Program-made: the position numbers and the translations under genes
The notes under the pieces: model-generated
The model's input: the letters and a program-made list of their open reading frames with translations, nothing else
Told to the model about the DNA's origin: nothing
The model's database searches: none
Assembly (NCBI GenBank): GCA_024679065.1
Contig: JAGIQG010000008.1
Span: 50,096,001 to 50,160,000, forward strand
Length of the DNA: 64,000 nucleotides
Source of the DNA: Sphyrna mokarran
Taxonomy: Eukaryota
Direction: 5' to 3'
Shown: piece after piece, positions 12,723 through 25,334 of the stretch
Position numbering within the stretch: the stretch's first letter is position 1
Layout: the number at the start of each line of letters is the position of its first letter

Positions 12723-14212
12723 CTTAGTGACTTCACAATCTACCCACTCTACGTACTTACATTGCACACCCTTCAGTGTATGTGCGAATGTCTTTGTCAA
12801 GGATGTACAGTGCAGCTAGCACCAGAAGTGTGTGCTTATGCCGTAGATACCACTTTGGAGGTACAACAGTACTTGCAGTCCTGAAATACCAAGCACAAGG
12901 AAGCCAAATATTGTAGCTCTTATTTTGTACCGAAAAAGTTAAAGTTTCTCAATCAAAATTGCCCTTGGATAACTTTGCATTGTATTTGAATGAATTAAAA
13001 TATTCTCTGTCAGTTTTGCCCTTTTGCAATATGTTTGATTTTGTTAATCATTCTTTTCTCATGGATGAATCGATATCTAGTAAAACACTAACACTGCAGA
13101 CGGAAACTGTAGTGACATTTTTATAAATGTTTACTTGCATTGGAAAGACAATAATAAAACTGTCCTCTTGTTTTGTCTGTATCTTGTTGGTTTACTGTTT
13201 GCTGATTGATTAAGATATTTCAATCTTTAAGTCAACTCAACTCTACCAAGTGTAGTGCCATCTAATGTTTCTGTCAGTTGCAATGACAACAGAAATGATG
13301 CTTTAAATTATGGTGTGTTAGTATTTAATAAAAACTTGTATTGATAATTGTGTCATAAAATGGTTCAAAAAAATGGCACTTCACAAGAACGTAATCAGAT
13401 AAAGTAAAAAGTCACCATGGAGACATTAGACCAGTTGAACAAAACATGGTTAAAAGAGATTGGTTTTAAGGTGTGTGTCAAAAGACGAGTGAAGGAATTG
13501 CAAATTTTGAGGTTAAGATAGATCACAATAAGCAGGATATGTGTGAGAAGCAGCCTGCTAATCTCAAGATGTTAAATGTTTGATTCCAAAAAGCTCAGGT
13601 TAAGGTTTAAATCACAATTTATTTTCATTTCTGCAAAAATGAAATCAGGGTGGAATGGCAGGATTGCATATTTACATATTAAGTAGAAAGAAAATTAAGA
13701 AAAGTTTCAATTAAAAAAGATGTCAGGCTTTGGTTTTTGCAAATCATTCCCCTGGATATCAACACAGACTGGGAAAAGGAAGCCATTTCAGACAGGTTTG
13801 GAAATGAATGATTGATGCTTGTCACTCTATTAGTCAGCTACAGGGATTCTGCTTATCAACATCACACACCTGTATGGTTTGATTTTACTTTGCTGTCCAA
13901 GAAACATCAAAGGATTGATCTTGCTCTTGCTGGATTATTTGTCAATGAACATGTGATAATTTTCACAGATACTGGCGGAAATGCCATTGACATATTGACA
14001 TTAATCTGGAATTATCAGTGGAACAAAGCCTGGAGGATAGTTTTTGATAAACTTAACCATTTTCAGATTTTGTGCTCTATCTAGCAGTATTATTTTGCAG
14101 TGCCACACAGAAAGATTGGAGAATTGCTCAGAGGGTAAAAAAGTTTCAGATTTGATCATGAAAAACACAACAAAACAGTGCTTGCATTTTTTAAAAAATC
14201 CTTTTCATTTTA

Positions 14213-17200
14213 CCATAGAAACTGTAGAAAATTTACAGCTCAGAAACAGGCCTTTTGGCCCTTCTTGTCTGAGGAATCATTTTTGCCCAGTCTCACTGAC
14301 CTGCACTTGGACCACATCTCTCCATACCCCTCTCATCTATGTACCTGTCCAAGTTTTCCTTAAATGTTAAAAATGACTCTGCATACACCGCTTTATCCAG
14401 CAGCTCATTCACACTCCCACCACTCTCTGTGTAAAGAAGCCCCCCCAATATTCCCTTTAAACTTTTCTCTTTTCACCCTTAATCCATGCCCTTTGGTTTT
14501 TTCCTCCCCTAGCCTCAGTGGAAAAAGCCTGCTTGCATTCACTCTGTATCCATCAAAATCTTATACACCGCTATGAAATCTCCCCTCGTTCTTCTACGCT
14601 CCAGGGAATAAAGTCCTGAATAAAGTTCAATCTCTCTCTGTAACTCAGCTTCTCAAGTCCCGGCAACATCCTTATGAACCTTCTCTGCACTCTTTCAATC
14701 TTATTTACATCCTTCCTGTAACTAGGTGACCAAAACTGTACACAATACTCTAAATTCGACTTTACCATAGCCTTATACAACCTTACCATAACATTCTTAC
14801 TTTTATACTCGATACTCCAGTTTATAAAGTTTACCAAAAGCATCTTTGTGACCCTGTCCACCTGTGAAGTCATTTTTAGGGAATTCTGTACCTGTATTCC
14901 CAGATCTCTCTGTTCATCTGCATTCTTCAGAGTTCTACCATTTATCTGATACATTCTACTTTGGTTTGTCCTTCCAAAATGCAATACCTCGCATTTGTCT
15001 GCATTAAATTCCATTTGCCATTTTCCAACCCATTTTTCTAGTTGGTCCAAATCAAACAAAGTACAAAGAACAAAGAACAAAATAGCACGGGAAACAGGCC
15101 CTTCGGCCCAACGAGCCCGCACCGCCACCCCGATGTTCCCATCTCTACCTGCGATCCCTGTCCATGTTTATAGATCTATGGATTAAAAAACAAATTTGAG
15201 ACAATTTAGGAAGAATTTGTTTTGCCAATTAGCCTAAAAGCACATCTTTGGGATGTGGGAGGAAACCGGAGCTCCCGGAGAAAACCCACGCAAGCACGGG
15301 GAGAATGCGCAAACTCCCACAGACACACGCCCAAATCCATGTATCTGCACAGCACAGCAATAGTCACTGAGCTGTCGTGTTGCCCATCAGATGGTCCAGG
15401 TCAAGCATACACTAACAACGTGAAACAGTAGGATACTCTCGAAAAAGTTCCAAGAGCAGCCCTCTCATGACCCATCGCGTGTATGCCCCTCGTTAGACAA
15501 GGTGGACCAAAGCACCTGTAGGATAAAAACAACTACATCAATATCATCATCTATTTACACACTTCCCAGGGACTCCCAAGGCTCATGATCCCTATTTTAA
15601 ATCAGTTTTCTATACCCCTCCATTCCCATTCTGTTCATGTGCCCATCTAAGTATTTCTTAAATAACTCCAGAGTACCTGCCTCCACCACTTTACTTGGCA
15701 GCGCATTCCATACCCCCACCACCCTCTGTGTGAAAAAACTTCCTCTAGCATCCAAATTATACCTTACCCCCCTCACCCTAAGCCCGTGACCCCTCGTGCT
15801 ATTCGAGTCCATCCTAGGAAAAAGCTTAACCCTGTTTACTCTATCAATGCCCTTCAAAATCTTGTACACCTCTATCAGATCTCCTCTAAGTCTATGTCTT
15901 TCTAAGGAAAACAGTCCCAATTTGCCTAATATCTCCTCATAACTCAGACCTTCCATACCAGGCAGCATCCTGGTAAACCTCCTCTGCACTCTCTCCAGAG
16001 TCTCCACATCCTTCCAGTAGTAAGGCGATCAGAACTGGACGCAGTATTCCAAATGAGGTCTAACCAGCGTTTTATACAACTGCAACATTAAAGGCCAGCT
16101 CTTGTACTCTATACCCCTTCCTATAAAGGCTAACATGCTATATGCTTTCTTCACAACCTTCTCCACTTGCTCTGCCACCTTCAGAGACTTGTTCACCTTC
16201 ACCCCCTGGTCCCTCTGCATCTCTATACTCTTAATAGGCCTACCCTTTATCATATACCTCCCCTCTACATTCTTTCTCCCGAAATGCATCACCTCACATT
16301 TATCAGGATTGGATTCCATCTGCCATCTATCTACCCAAGCTACCAGCCTATCTATGTCCTGCTGCATCTCCTGACAATGCTCCCACTATCTGCAAGTCCA
16401 GTCATCTTTGTATCATCTGCAAACTTGCTGATCATTCCACTTACTCCCTCTTCCAAGTCATTTATATATATTACAAATGGAAGAGGTCCCAGCACCGAGC
16501 CCTGCGGTACACCACTAGTGACCGACCTCCAGCTAGAGCAACACCCTTCCACTATTACTCTCTGTCTCCTATTACCAAGCCAGTTACTTATCCATCTAGC
16601 TACCTGTCCTTGTATCCCATTTGCCTTGACCTTCTCGACTAACCTCCCATGAGGGACTTTGTCAAACGCCTTACTAAAATCCAAATAGACAACATCAACG
16701 GCTCGCCCTTCGTCCACTGATTTCGTCACCTCCTCAAAAAATTCTACCAGATTTGTAAGGCACGACCTCCCCTTAACAAATCCATGCTGCGTATCCCTAA
16801 TCAGATCGCAACGCTCTAAGTGCCTATACATCCTATCTCTAAGAATCCCCTCCAACAGCTTCCCTACCACTGATGTCAAACTCACCGGCCTATAATTTTC
16901 AGGGTTATCCCTACTACCCTTTTTAAATAACGATACAACATTAGCTATTCTCCAGTCCTCTGGGACCTCACCTGTGTCCAAGGAAGAGACAAAGATTTGC
17001 GTCAGAGGCCCAGCAATTTCACCTCGCACCTCCCTAAGCAGTCTGGGATAAATGCTATCAGACCCAGGAGAGTTATCAGTTTTAATGCTACCTAGGAGCT
17101 CTAACACTTCTTCCCTCGGTATGGATATTTCCCTCAACTGGTCCACAGCTCCCTCAGAGACAAGAGCTGTCAACAAGCCCCTCTCCTTCGTGAATACCGA

Positions 17201-17270
17201 CGCAAAGTATTCATTCAGGATCTCTGCCATTCCCTCGGGCTCTAATCCTTCTGAAAGCTTTGAAAACCTA
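14213..17270 (-). mobile_element. CR1 LINE split by a nested CR1 (pieces 14213-15053 and 17244-17270)
   Basis: ORF 14571-15128 (WQMEFNADKCEVLHFG, LEYCVQFWSP). GGTCCAAATC resumes as AATCCTTCTGAAAGCTTTGAAAACC after the insertion. Confidence 0.88.
15054..17243 (-). mobile_element. Young CR1 LINE, subfamily A, with long V-SINE-containing 3' UTR
   Basis: RT ORFs 16352-17230 (FADDTK), 16029-16367 and 15597-16007; ~540-bp 3' UTR; (ACAAAGA)n tail; AATC duplicated at 15050-15053 and 17244-17247. Confidence 0.96.
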
Positions 17271-17319
17271 TATTATTTTAAATGTTCTGGATGAATTTGA
17301 TAACATTGCTACACACATA

Positions 17320-17800
17320 GGTTTGCAGAATTCTCCCAACCAAAAACGGGAATAACAGAATCATCCATGCCAGTCTCTCAGCTGTGTTCTGCACCACAAT
17401 CCTCCCACACTCAGTCTCCTTCTTGGACAGTGGTGAGTTGCGCGCCAGTCCTGAAGCAACAGAGCCTAAAACATGTTGGTGAGCACTTGCATGCCATTTC
17501 AAAAGGGCGCCCAAACTCACAGTGCGCTGGAACATTGCTCTGTCTACAGAGTGTTTCCCCACCCTCTCCCCTACATGGGTACTGACATTAGGGTTCTCCC
17601 ACTCTATTTTTCTTGCTATTATGACACTTATGATACCAGAAAATGCGAGAGTTGGGAGAAGAGGATGTCTAGTGCGATCTTAACTGCAGTTCACACCACG
17701 CTCCCGCTGTAGTGAAGTTGGAGAATTAGGCAGCTCATTAAATCTCCATTCACTGTGGCAAGATGGGAAAATCCCTCCGCAGTGGTAAGATTCTGGCCAG
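17320..17800. mobile_element. Putative MITE, Harbinger-like ends
   Basis: Begins GCAGAATTCTCCCAACC and ends GGTAAGATTCTGGCC (imperfect inverted termini). Confidence 0.5.
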
Positions 17801-20509
17801 TGTTTTATCCTTTTGTAGATTTATCATGTTCAGAGTCTGATAGTTCTGCAGATAAGGTAGGGAACTTTTCAAAACAGAATCATGAACTGTGCCTGCTGAC
17901 ACACTCCATTATCTTTGCAATATTTCTAGGCTTTTAATGGAGCAGAGCATGGCTCCAGAACAACTGCAAGAAAGTATTGTTTTAGTGGCCTTTGTGCTGC
18001 AGCTGGTTTTCCTGGATTGTTTTATTGAGCCACATCAAGTCCTGGACCTGATCTTCTCTTCAGTGCCCTTATACTGTATACCTACATTTTGCGCTCTCCC
18101 ACTAGTGGTTATGTAAAAAAATAATTTTCTATTTTCAGCATGTTGGAATGAAGTACTCTCACGGTGGATTTCAAAGAAAATAAGGCAGTGAGGCATTGCT
18201 TGCATGTGTTGAATACTGTCCAAATATCTTTAAGGAGGAAAATCTGGATCTGAACAAACTCCTTTTAATAAGCATCTTCGGACAAAGTGACAATGACCAT
18301 AAATTGTTTACCTATGAAGTTCATCTAAGTAAACAGCAAAGCATCAAATCCAGCTCATTTGCTTGGAGTTAATGTTCCTTTTCTGCCTTGCCAGTAATCA
18401 GGCTCCAGTTAATGTGCAGTTTTTAAGAACTTACACTTGCTGGTCACTGTCTAGATTTCCAGGCTAAGATGCCCATTGAATCATTGGTAAAACATGGAAA
18501 TAATTGCCAAAGAGAGGAGACAATTACAGTCAGGCACAACCCATGTTTCTCAAGAAAACTACAAGAATATCATGTAGAAAATCTTAACAATGACCAGAAA
18601 GCAAGGCAAGAATTGTCAGGATATTTGATTTAATTGCAGAAATCAATGTCTGCATAAAACAAAGGTTAGCAACTGCAAACAGCTGTCAAATCTGTAATGC
18701 AGAAGATTTGCTGAAATGACAGAAATGTTTTCGTGTTTGCTGCTTGACTGCTGCTCTAACATCTTAATTATGCAAATGATCAATTGAATCACTAATGTAG
18801 ATTTATAAATTCACTTGTTTTCACAAATACAATTTTCAATCGCATCAGCGAGTATCCTAACACCATTGGTTCTCAACTAACATTACTGTTTATTAAATAA
18901 TTTTGTTTAGTCATGGGTTTCTGATGTCTACGCACAATAATTTCCTGATGGTGATAAACAAACTCTCATTGTAAGTGGCCAAAATTAAAAACTGACGATT
19001 GGAGAAAGCTCTGCTGGTCTGTTATTTCATTTTACCCCCTTAGCAAATAGATACATGAGAAAGGTCATTTGGCATCACTAAGATCTCCTAGCCAAATGGA
19101 TCCAGCAGTTGCCTCCTCATAGCAATGTTATTCTTAAATGGTTGCAAGGATTTGTCTCTGTTGTCAACCTCCAGCTGATCATGTTCATTAAATGAGAAAA
19201 ACCTTCCTGATATCTATTTTAAATTTACTCCTTGCTACTTGATCCTGTGCATCTTTGTCCTGTTTTTGTGGATTAGCTGGAAGCAATGATGTCCTGAATT
19301 TACCTTTGCCACCGCATCTGTCTTTTTAATCAGTTCTGTGACAGCTCCTCTTAATCCCTTGTCTTTTTTTTTGGGCAAATTGCTCAAATTCATTCACGTT
19401 TTTCTCATGATTCTGTCCTCCAGTGTCATTCAGTCTGCCTATTTTTGACACACTGACGCCAAGCCATCTTCCTTGCCAAATTGGATGCAGAAAGTCCAGA
19501 TGTACTGTTGCTTTGAACAGGGACCAGACTGTGTTAACACAGGTTTTGCATGTGGTTCATTTCTACCCACTCTGGATTAAGTGACCTCTTCCAATTACAT
19601 TCTGAGCTCTCACATCTGTCCAAATATCAAATATTTCTAACTTGTCATGCACAAGCTATCAATTTGTACCATTATATTGGACCTTAAAGAAAGTTGCCTT
19701 GAGTTATTTGGAATCGATTTAGTCATAAGTACAGAGTTCCAAGTGTTTTTATTTAACACGTGTAATGTGTCACTTTCAGGTATATGGACATGAAGGGCCC
19801 TTTGACATTCACGTAACTTAATGAAAGATGTGATTTGAAAAGACCTTGGATACTTCAGGAAAGGGGAGAAACCATTTGATATTCCACAGTTGGGAATCAT
19901 ATGTCTCAAATTAATACTTTCCTTTGAAAAGATGAAAAAAGAAACACATTTGTTTTAACATTTATTCTTTTTAGGCTATGGCCATGTATCCAAAATCAAT
20001 TGGAGTAACAATGTAAATTGCTTTGGAGTCAGGCATGTGAGACTATTCATTGCAGATGAGAAAAAAAAACTCCATTGTAAATTATTTCAAAAAGATATTT
20101 CTCTCAAAATATTTGCAGTATCTAAATTGGCACTCTACTAGGTATGATGATCTAGGTAAGAATTCCCCTTTTCGCATTATTTTTAAAATGGAAATACATC
20201 TTGATAATTAAGGTGGGTAGGGGGAGGGGGAGGGGGAGTGGGGGGACATTTTCATTTATTTCTGTCAAGAGTCACCTCTGGACTTTTCCCTGGTTTCTGA
20301 TGTAGACCCATTTTGCAGGTCAGTTTGCAGATGGAACAATTGCCCCAAATGAGGTTGGCAGAGATTTTCTTTCCTTCCTTACGAATGAAATGACTACTGA
20401 AGATTGGACTAAACATGTGTAAGCATCCTTCATTATGTTTTTAAACTTGGATAGATGATACATTTCTCTAACAACACTCACAAACACCACACTGAATGGT
20501 TTAGGAGAA

Positions 20510-20735
20510 TAAGGGCAGCAGGAACTTGGACTTCCAACATCCTGCTAATTACTCTCTAAGCCCCACACCATCCTGACTTGGAGCTATATTGCCATTCGTT
20601 GGATCATAATCCTGGACCTCCATGTTTAATAGCACCGTGGGTGTACCAACACCATATGAACTGCAGTGGCTCAAGAAGATGCTCGCCACCACCTTTTCAA
20701 GGGAAATAAATATTGGTCTTGCCGGCAACCATTAA
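20510..20735 (+). mobile_element. CR1/L2-clade LINE 3' end
   Basis: CACACCATCCTGACTTGG..ATCCTGGA..GCAGTGGCTCAAGAAG..CACCACCTTTTCAAGGG. Related fragments at 38650-38730, 39620-39860 and 40850-42180. Confidence 0.7.
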
Positions 20736-21374
20736 TAGTATATATATCTGCACAACTCAAATTAGTACTGAGATGCAATATGTATTCTTGAATCAGGTCA
20801 GCTATAATAACACTGAGGAAGTTTAACATGATTCAGGTCAGAACACACTTGGTCCTATGATGGTTATTGCATGTACGATTCACTGCAGCTTCTCACCAAT
20901 TTTATCAATATATCATTTTGTTAATAATTAAATGATGGCATTTTACCTGCCTGGGAGTGAAGTGTTTAACCACAAACACTGCTAAGCTGCTTATATTTGT
21001 GCTTGTTATTTTTTAAATGGTGCGAAATGAGTGACAGTCTGTTGATGCCCATCAGTGATGATACAATTTGATAACATGCAAAATTAATCCCTTGTGTTAG
21101 ATAGATTGTGTTATGAGAAAGGTCTGGAGAGAATAGGGTTATCCTTCCTCTGACAGATGGACAAGAAAGGGTACCTGATAGGTAATATTATTTATATGGA
21201 AGTGAGCAGGTGAAAACTGGATAGTGGAACATGGCAAAGCAGAAAAGAGTAACATATCTGAAACTTTTAAACAATCCTAATCTGAGGGAGGAAGATAGAA
21301 AAGCATTGATGTTTTCCAGCAAATTGTAAATTAAAGATTGATATCAGGAAGTTTTATTCCACACTAAGAGCAGA

Positions 21375-22095
21375 TAATGTACAGAATAGACTTTGGAATA
21401 GACTAGCACAAGAATGATAAGAGCGGTCATGGGGAATATGTTTCCATTAGTAAGTAAGACTAGGATCTGAGGACACAGCCTCAGAATAAAGAGACGATCT
21501 TTTAAAACCAAGATGGGGAAGAATTTCTTCAACCAAAGCATGCTGAATCTGTGGAATTCATTGCCATAGAACACTGTGGTAGCCAGGTCATCCAATATAT
21601 TTAAGACAAAGATAGACAGGTTCTTGATTTGTAAGGAGATCAAAGGTTATAGGGAAAAGGTGGAGAACAAAGAACAAAGTACAAATCAGCATGGGAAACA
21701 GGCCCTTTGGCCCATGTCGCCACCCCGATGTTCCCACCTCTACCTGTGATCCCTGTCTATGTTTATAGATTTATGGATTGAAACCAAATTTAAGACAATT
21801 TAGGGAGAATTTGTTCTGCCAATTAGCCTAAGAGCACATTTTTGGGATGTGGGAGGAAACCAGAGGACCCAAAGAAAACCCACGCAAGCATGGGGAGAAT
21901 GCGCAAACTCCCACAGACACAGCCCAAATCCATGTATCTGCACAGCACAGCGGTAGTCACTGAGCTGTCGTGTTGCCCATCAAATGGTCAACTGTGGTTG
22001 AGAAACTTATCAGCCAAGATAGAATGGTGGAGCAGATGTAATGAGCTACATGGTCTAATTCTGCTCCTATATGTTATAGTCTTATGGTCTTAGCA
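21375..22095 (+). mobile_element. CR1 3' fragment split by an insertion at 21666-21990
   Basis: RI*GHSLRIK..FFNQSMLNLWNSLP remnant; tail resumes GTTGAGAAACTTATCAGCC and ends in (TCTTATGG)-like repeats. Confidence 0.85.
21666..21990 (-). mobile_element. 3'-UTR-only copy of CR1 subfamily A (V-SINE-like unit)
   Basis: Aligns by eye with 15058-15396, including the tail and V-domain. Confidence 0.92.
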
Positions 22096-23079
22096 GATGA
22101 AAAAGATGCATTAGAATTATTTACGGAGAGTTGGATGCTGGAGTGTGGTGACTGTGGGTTATTTTTGGATTGGAAGCAATGGATGTCCATCCTTAGCCCC
22201 ATCAATCTTGTAATTTCTCTAAATGATTCAAATTTATCAAGTTAAATTCCACATAAACCTGCCACTCCAAGCAGGTTTATTCAAACCTGCACTGCATAGA
22301 AACTCAATAAGCAACAAACATACTGTGGCATATCTTATGATCAAGTGAGAAAATGAACATATGAGCCAAGCAAGAAACTTCCCTGGAGCACTCCAGGATG
22401 AAACCCTGATGTAGAAAGAATCAGGAATTTTTTTTTATCCGCAGGTTGAAATAAAGCTGGGCCCATTTATAACTCTCAAGGACAGAGTGGCATACATGCC
22501 TGAAATAAATTCAAATTTGATTGAAAGAAATCGTTCCAATCCAATGTAATCTTGTTCCCAAATCTATACCACAAACCTTGAGAAGTAATGTCCGTTAATT
22601 TTTGGTTGTTACACACTTCATTTTTATTACTGATGCTTTGAAGTATCACCTTGTAGAACAAAATACCAATGGCTTACTGAGTATATGGACATCATCAATA
22701 ATAAAAAAGGTAGGAAAACAGAGCATTATGATTTGAACATTTTATCTGAAGGTACTTGATAAACAGATTCTACAATATAGACACACACTTGTAACATGTA
22801 GTTATCAAGGATTCAAGTTTCAATATGGCACATGTCAAATGCCAAGAGCAAACTTTTGGGCATGATATTTTTGCCCATTGGGAACACATTCAGCAAGCCT
22901 GGAAGCGGGTGAGAAATATGCGTCTGGCATGTTCTGTCTCCGAAGATGATTTCATATTGGTGACCAACTAAAAGGCAGCCAATGCTGGGAAAAGCTAGAT
23001 GGTATCTACAGTGCTGCTGGTGGAAGGCTGTCTGCTTCACTGGGGGAGACTAAAGATGGCCTTGCAGATGGCCTTGCAG

Positions 23080-23479
23080 GGATTCTTCTCCCTGGAGAGA
23101 CGTAGGTTGAGAGGCGACCTGATAGAGGTTTATAAAATGTTGAGAGGAATAGATAGGGTGGATTCTCAGAGGCTATTTCCCTGGGCTGAAATGGTCGCTA
23201 CGAGAGGACACAGATTTAAGGTGCAGGGAAGAAAATACAGAGGGATGTTAGGGGTAAGTTTTTCACTCAGAGGGTGGTGAGTGAATGGAATCGGCTGCCG
23301 TAGCGGGTGGTAGAGGCAAACTCGCTAAGGTCTTTTAAAAGACTTCTGGATGAATATATGGAACTAACAGGATAGGGGGTTATAGATGGGTCTGTGGCTT
23401 GGTAGGTATAGATGTGATCGGCACAACTTGTGGGCCGAAGGGCCTGTTTGTGCTGTAGTGTTCTATGTTCTATGTTCTA
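23080..23479 (+). mobile_element. CR1 3' end
   Basis: FSLERRRLRGDLIEVYKMLRGIDRVD; (GTTCTAT)n tail. Confidence 0.93.
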
Positions 23480-23489
23480 AGAGCTTTAA

Positions 23490-24495
23490 GATTTTAGGTA
23501 TCCAGATCACCAACAACCTGTCCTGACCCCCCCCCCCATGATGACACTATAATTAAGAAAGCCAACCAATGCCTCTACTTTCTCAGAAAACTAAGGAAAT
23601 TTGGCATGTCAGGTAAGACTCTCACCAACTTTTATAGACGCACTGTTAGTGTTCTCTTGCGTAATAGTAATCTAAAGGCACACTCATCGACTCTTGACAC
23701 AAACAGCGCTGGACGCCATGCATCTAATGCAAAGTCTTTAATTACTTGCACACAAGGAGAACCTCTATGGGCAACACGGAATGACCAGAACAGTTCTGAG
23801 GTTACAGAGGAACAACTCAGCAGTAATAATCAATTACAGCAAATTAACCTGGATTGCAGTGTTTCTGGAACAAGGTTTTAAATATACTCATTTATCCTGC
23901 ATATGTCAGTGTTGGCCTGACTGAACGCCATGTTTGGTTAACAATAATTTTCCATTACTTGACAGTTTTTTTTGACAATTATGAAATTTCAATTTCACAA
24001 TTGTTGTAACCTAACTTCCGCAGCATCATCGAAAGCATTCTTTCTGGTTGTATCACAGCTTGGTATGGCTCTTGCTCTGACCAAGACCGCAAGGAACTAT
24101 ACAAAAGGTCATGAATGTAGCCCAATCCATCACGCAAACCAGCATCCCATCTATTGACTGTCTACACTTCCTGCTGCCTTGGAAAGCAGCCAGCATAATT
24201 AAGGACCCCAAGCACTCTGGACATTATTGTTCCATCTTCTTCCATCGGGAAAAAGATACAAAAGTCTGAGGTCATGTAACAACTGATTCAAGAACAGCTT
24301 CTTCCCTGCTGCTGTCAAACGTTTGAAAGGACTTACCTTTCATTAAGTTGATCTTTCTCTACATTCTGGCTATAACACTATATTCTGCAATCTCTCGTTT
24401 CCTTCTCTATGAACGGTATGCTTTGTCTGTGTAGCGCAGCAAACAATATTTTTCAATGTATGTTAATTCTTGTGACAATAATAAATCAAATCAAA
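23490..24495 (+). mobile_element. Rex1/Babar-type LINE 3' part, split by a solo LTR
   Basis: LYFLRKLRKFGMSGKTLTNFYR...ESILSGCITAWYG; tail TGTGACAATAATAAATCAAATCAAA. Confidence 0.85.
23644..24022 (-). mobile_element. Solo LTR (TG...CA, 379 bp)
   Basis: Starts TG at 23644, ends CA at 24022, flanked by GCAC (23640-23643) and GCAT (24023-24026). Removing it restores the Rex1 frame. ATTAAA on the - strand near 23740. Confidence 0.75.
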
Positions 24496-25334
24496 CCAAA
24501 GGTCACAGACTTAGTTTAATGGGATGTGATTGGTTGAAGGAAATATGTTTAAACTATTAGGAAACATTAAATCGGAGGGACGGAGGTTTTCAAGAGCCAT
24601 TGGATCCAGGATTAATGAGATTGCCAAAATCGCGTGCCTTGTCTCATCTTTTAAATATAGACCAGCTTGCGACCGAACTGAGGAGCTCTCCAGAGACAGG
24701 AAGGCCTGGTCCATTTGAACCTTTGATGATTTCCCAAAGATTTGTCTGGATACCCTTTTCATGTAAGAGCCTGTATTGTATCTACTAATGATGTTCTTAG
24801 TTTCTCCACAATGTATTCAACCTTCCATGTCCTTATCCATTCATTCGTCCTGCCCAAGTCCTGCTGCAGCCTTTTTACATCATCCTTGCCGCTTACTTGA
24901 CCAAATTTGATCATATTGCAGCCAAGTCTTCATAATGCTTATTAGTTCAAACCCATTAATTCTACCTTTGCCATTAATTTGTCTCTTTCTTTATGAATGC
25001 TCCACTGGCAATTGAAGATACATGCACTGACTTTACTCATGTGGGGTCATTAATCTTCTTGTCACATTGCACTCCATTCAAATGCTGGCTGTCCACTACA
25101 ATCATTTACATTAGCAGCATTAATTTTGAGTGTTGCTTGCATTTGAAGCTTTGGACAAAGAAATGTAAAGCTGGATATTTTTTTAAAGGCTGGGATATAT
25201 TAGCATTTAGAAGGATTTGGATATCCTTGTACATAAATCACAAAATTAGCATGCAGGTACAACAAAATTTGGAAAACAATGGATGTCATAGCCTTTATTG
25301 CAAATGTGATCCCAGTGTCCTTTTTTAGAAAGTT

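Larger units (their letters stand above)
9540..12960. mobile_element. Fossil PIF/Harbinger transposon #2
   Basis: Myb-like exons on + and transposase remnants on -, convergent. Interrupted by a Rex1 tail (~11005-11065) and a SINE (12390-12722). Ends approximate. Confidence 0.75.

Noticed and set aside
15218-15515. ~100-codon frame through the CR1 UTR after the acceptor, with a single TGA (read-through or selenocysteine idea)
   Set aside because: The frame is not preserved in subfamily B, which has early stops in all frames; the shared GPS.G.HDSS peptide is explained by nucleotide similarity.
16352-17230. 292-aa RT ORF as a retron, DGR or other prokaryote-type RT system
   Set aside because: Motifs and tail are CR1 LINE, in a vertebrate repeat context, with a frameshift and stop downstream.
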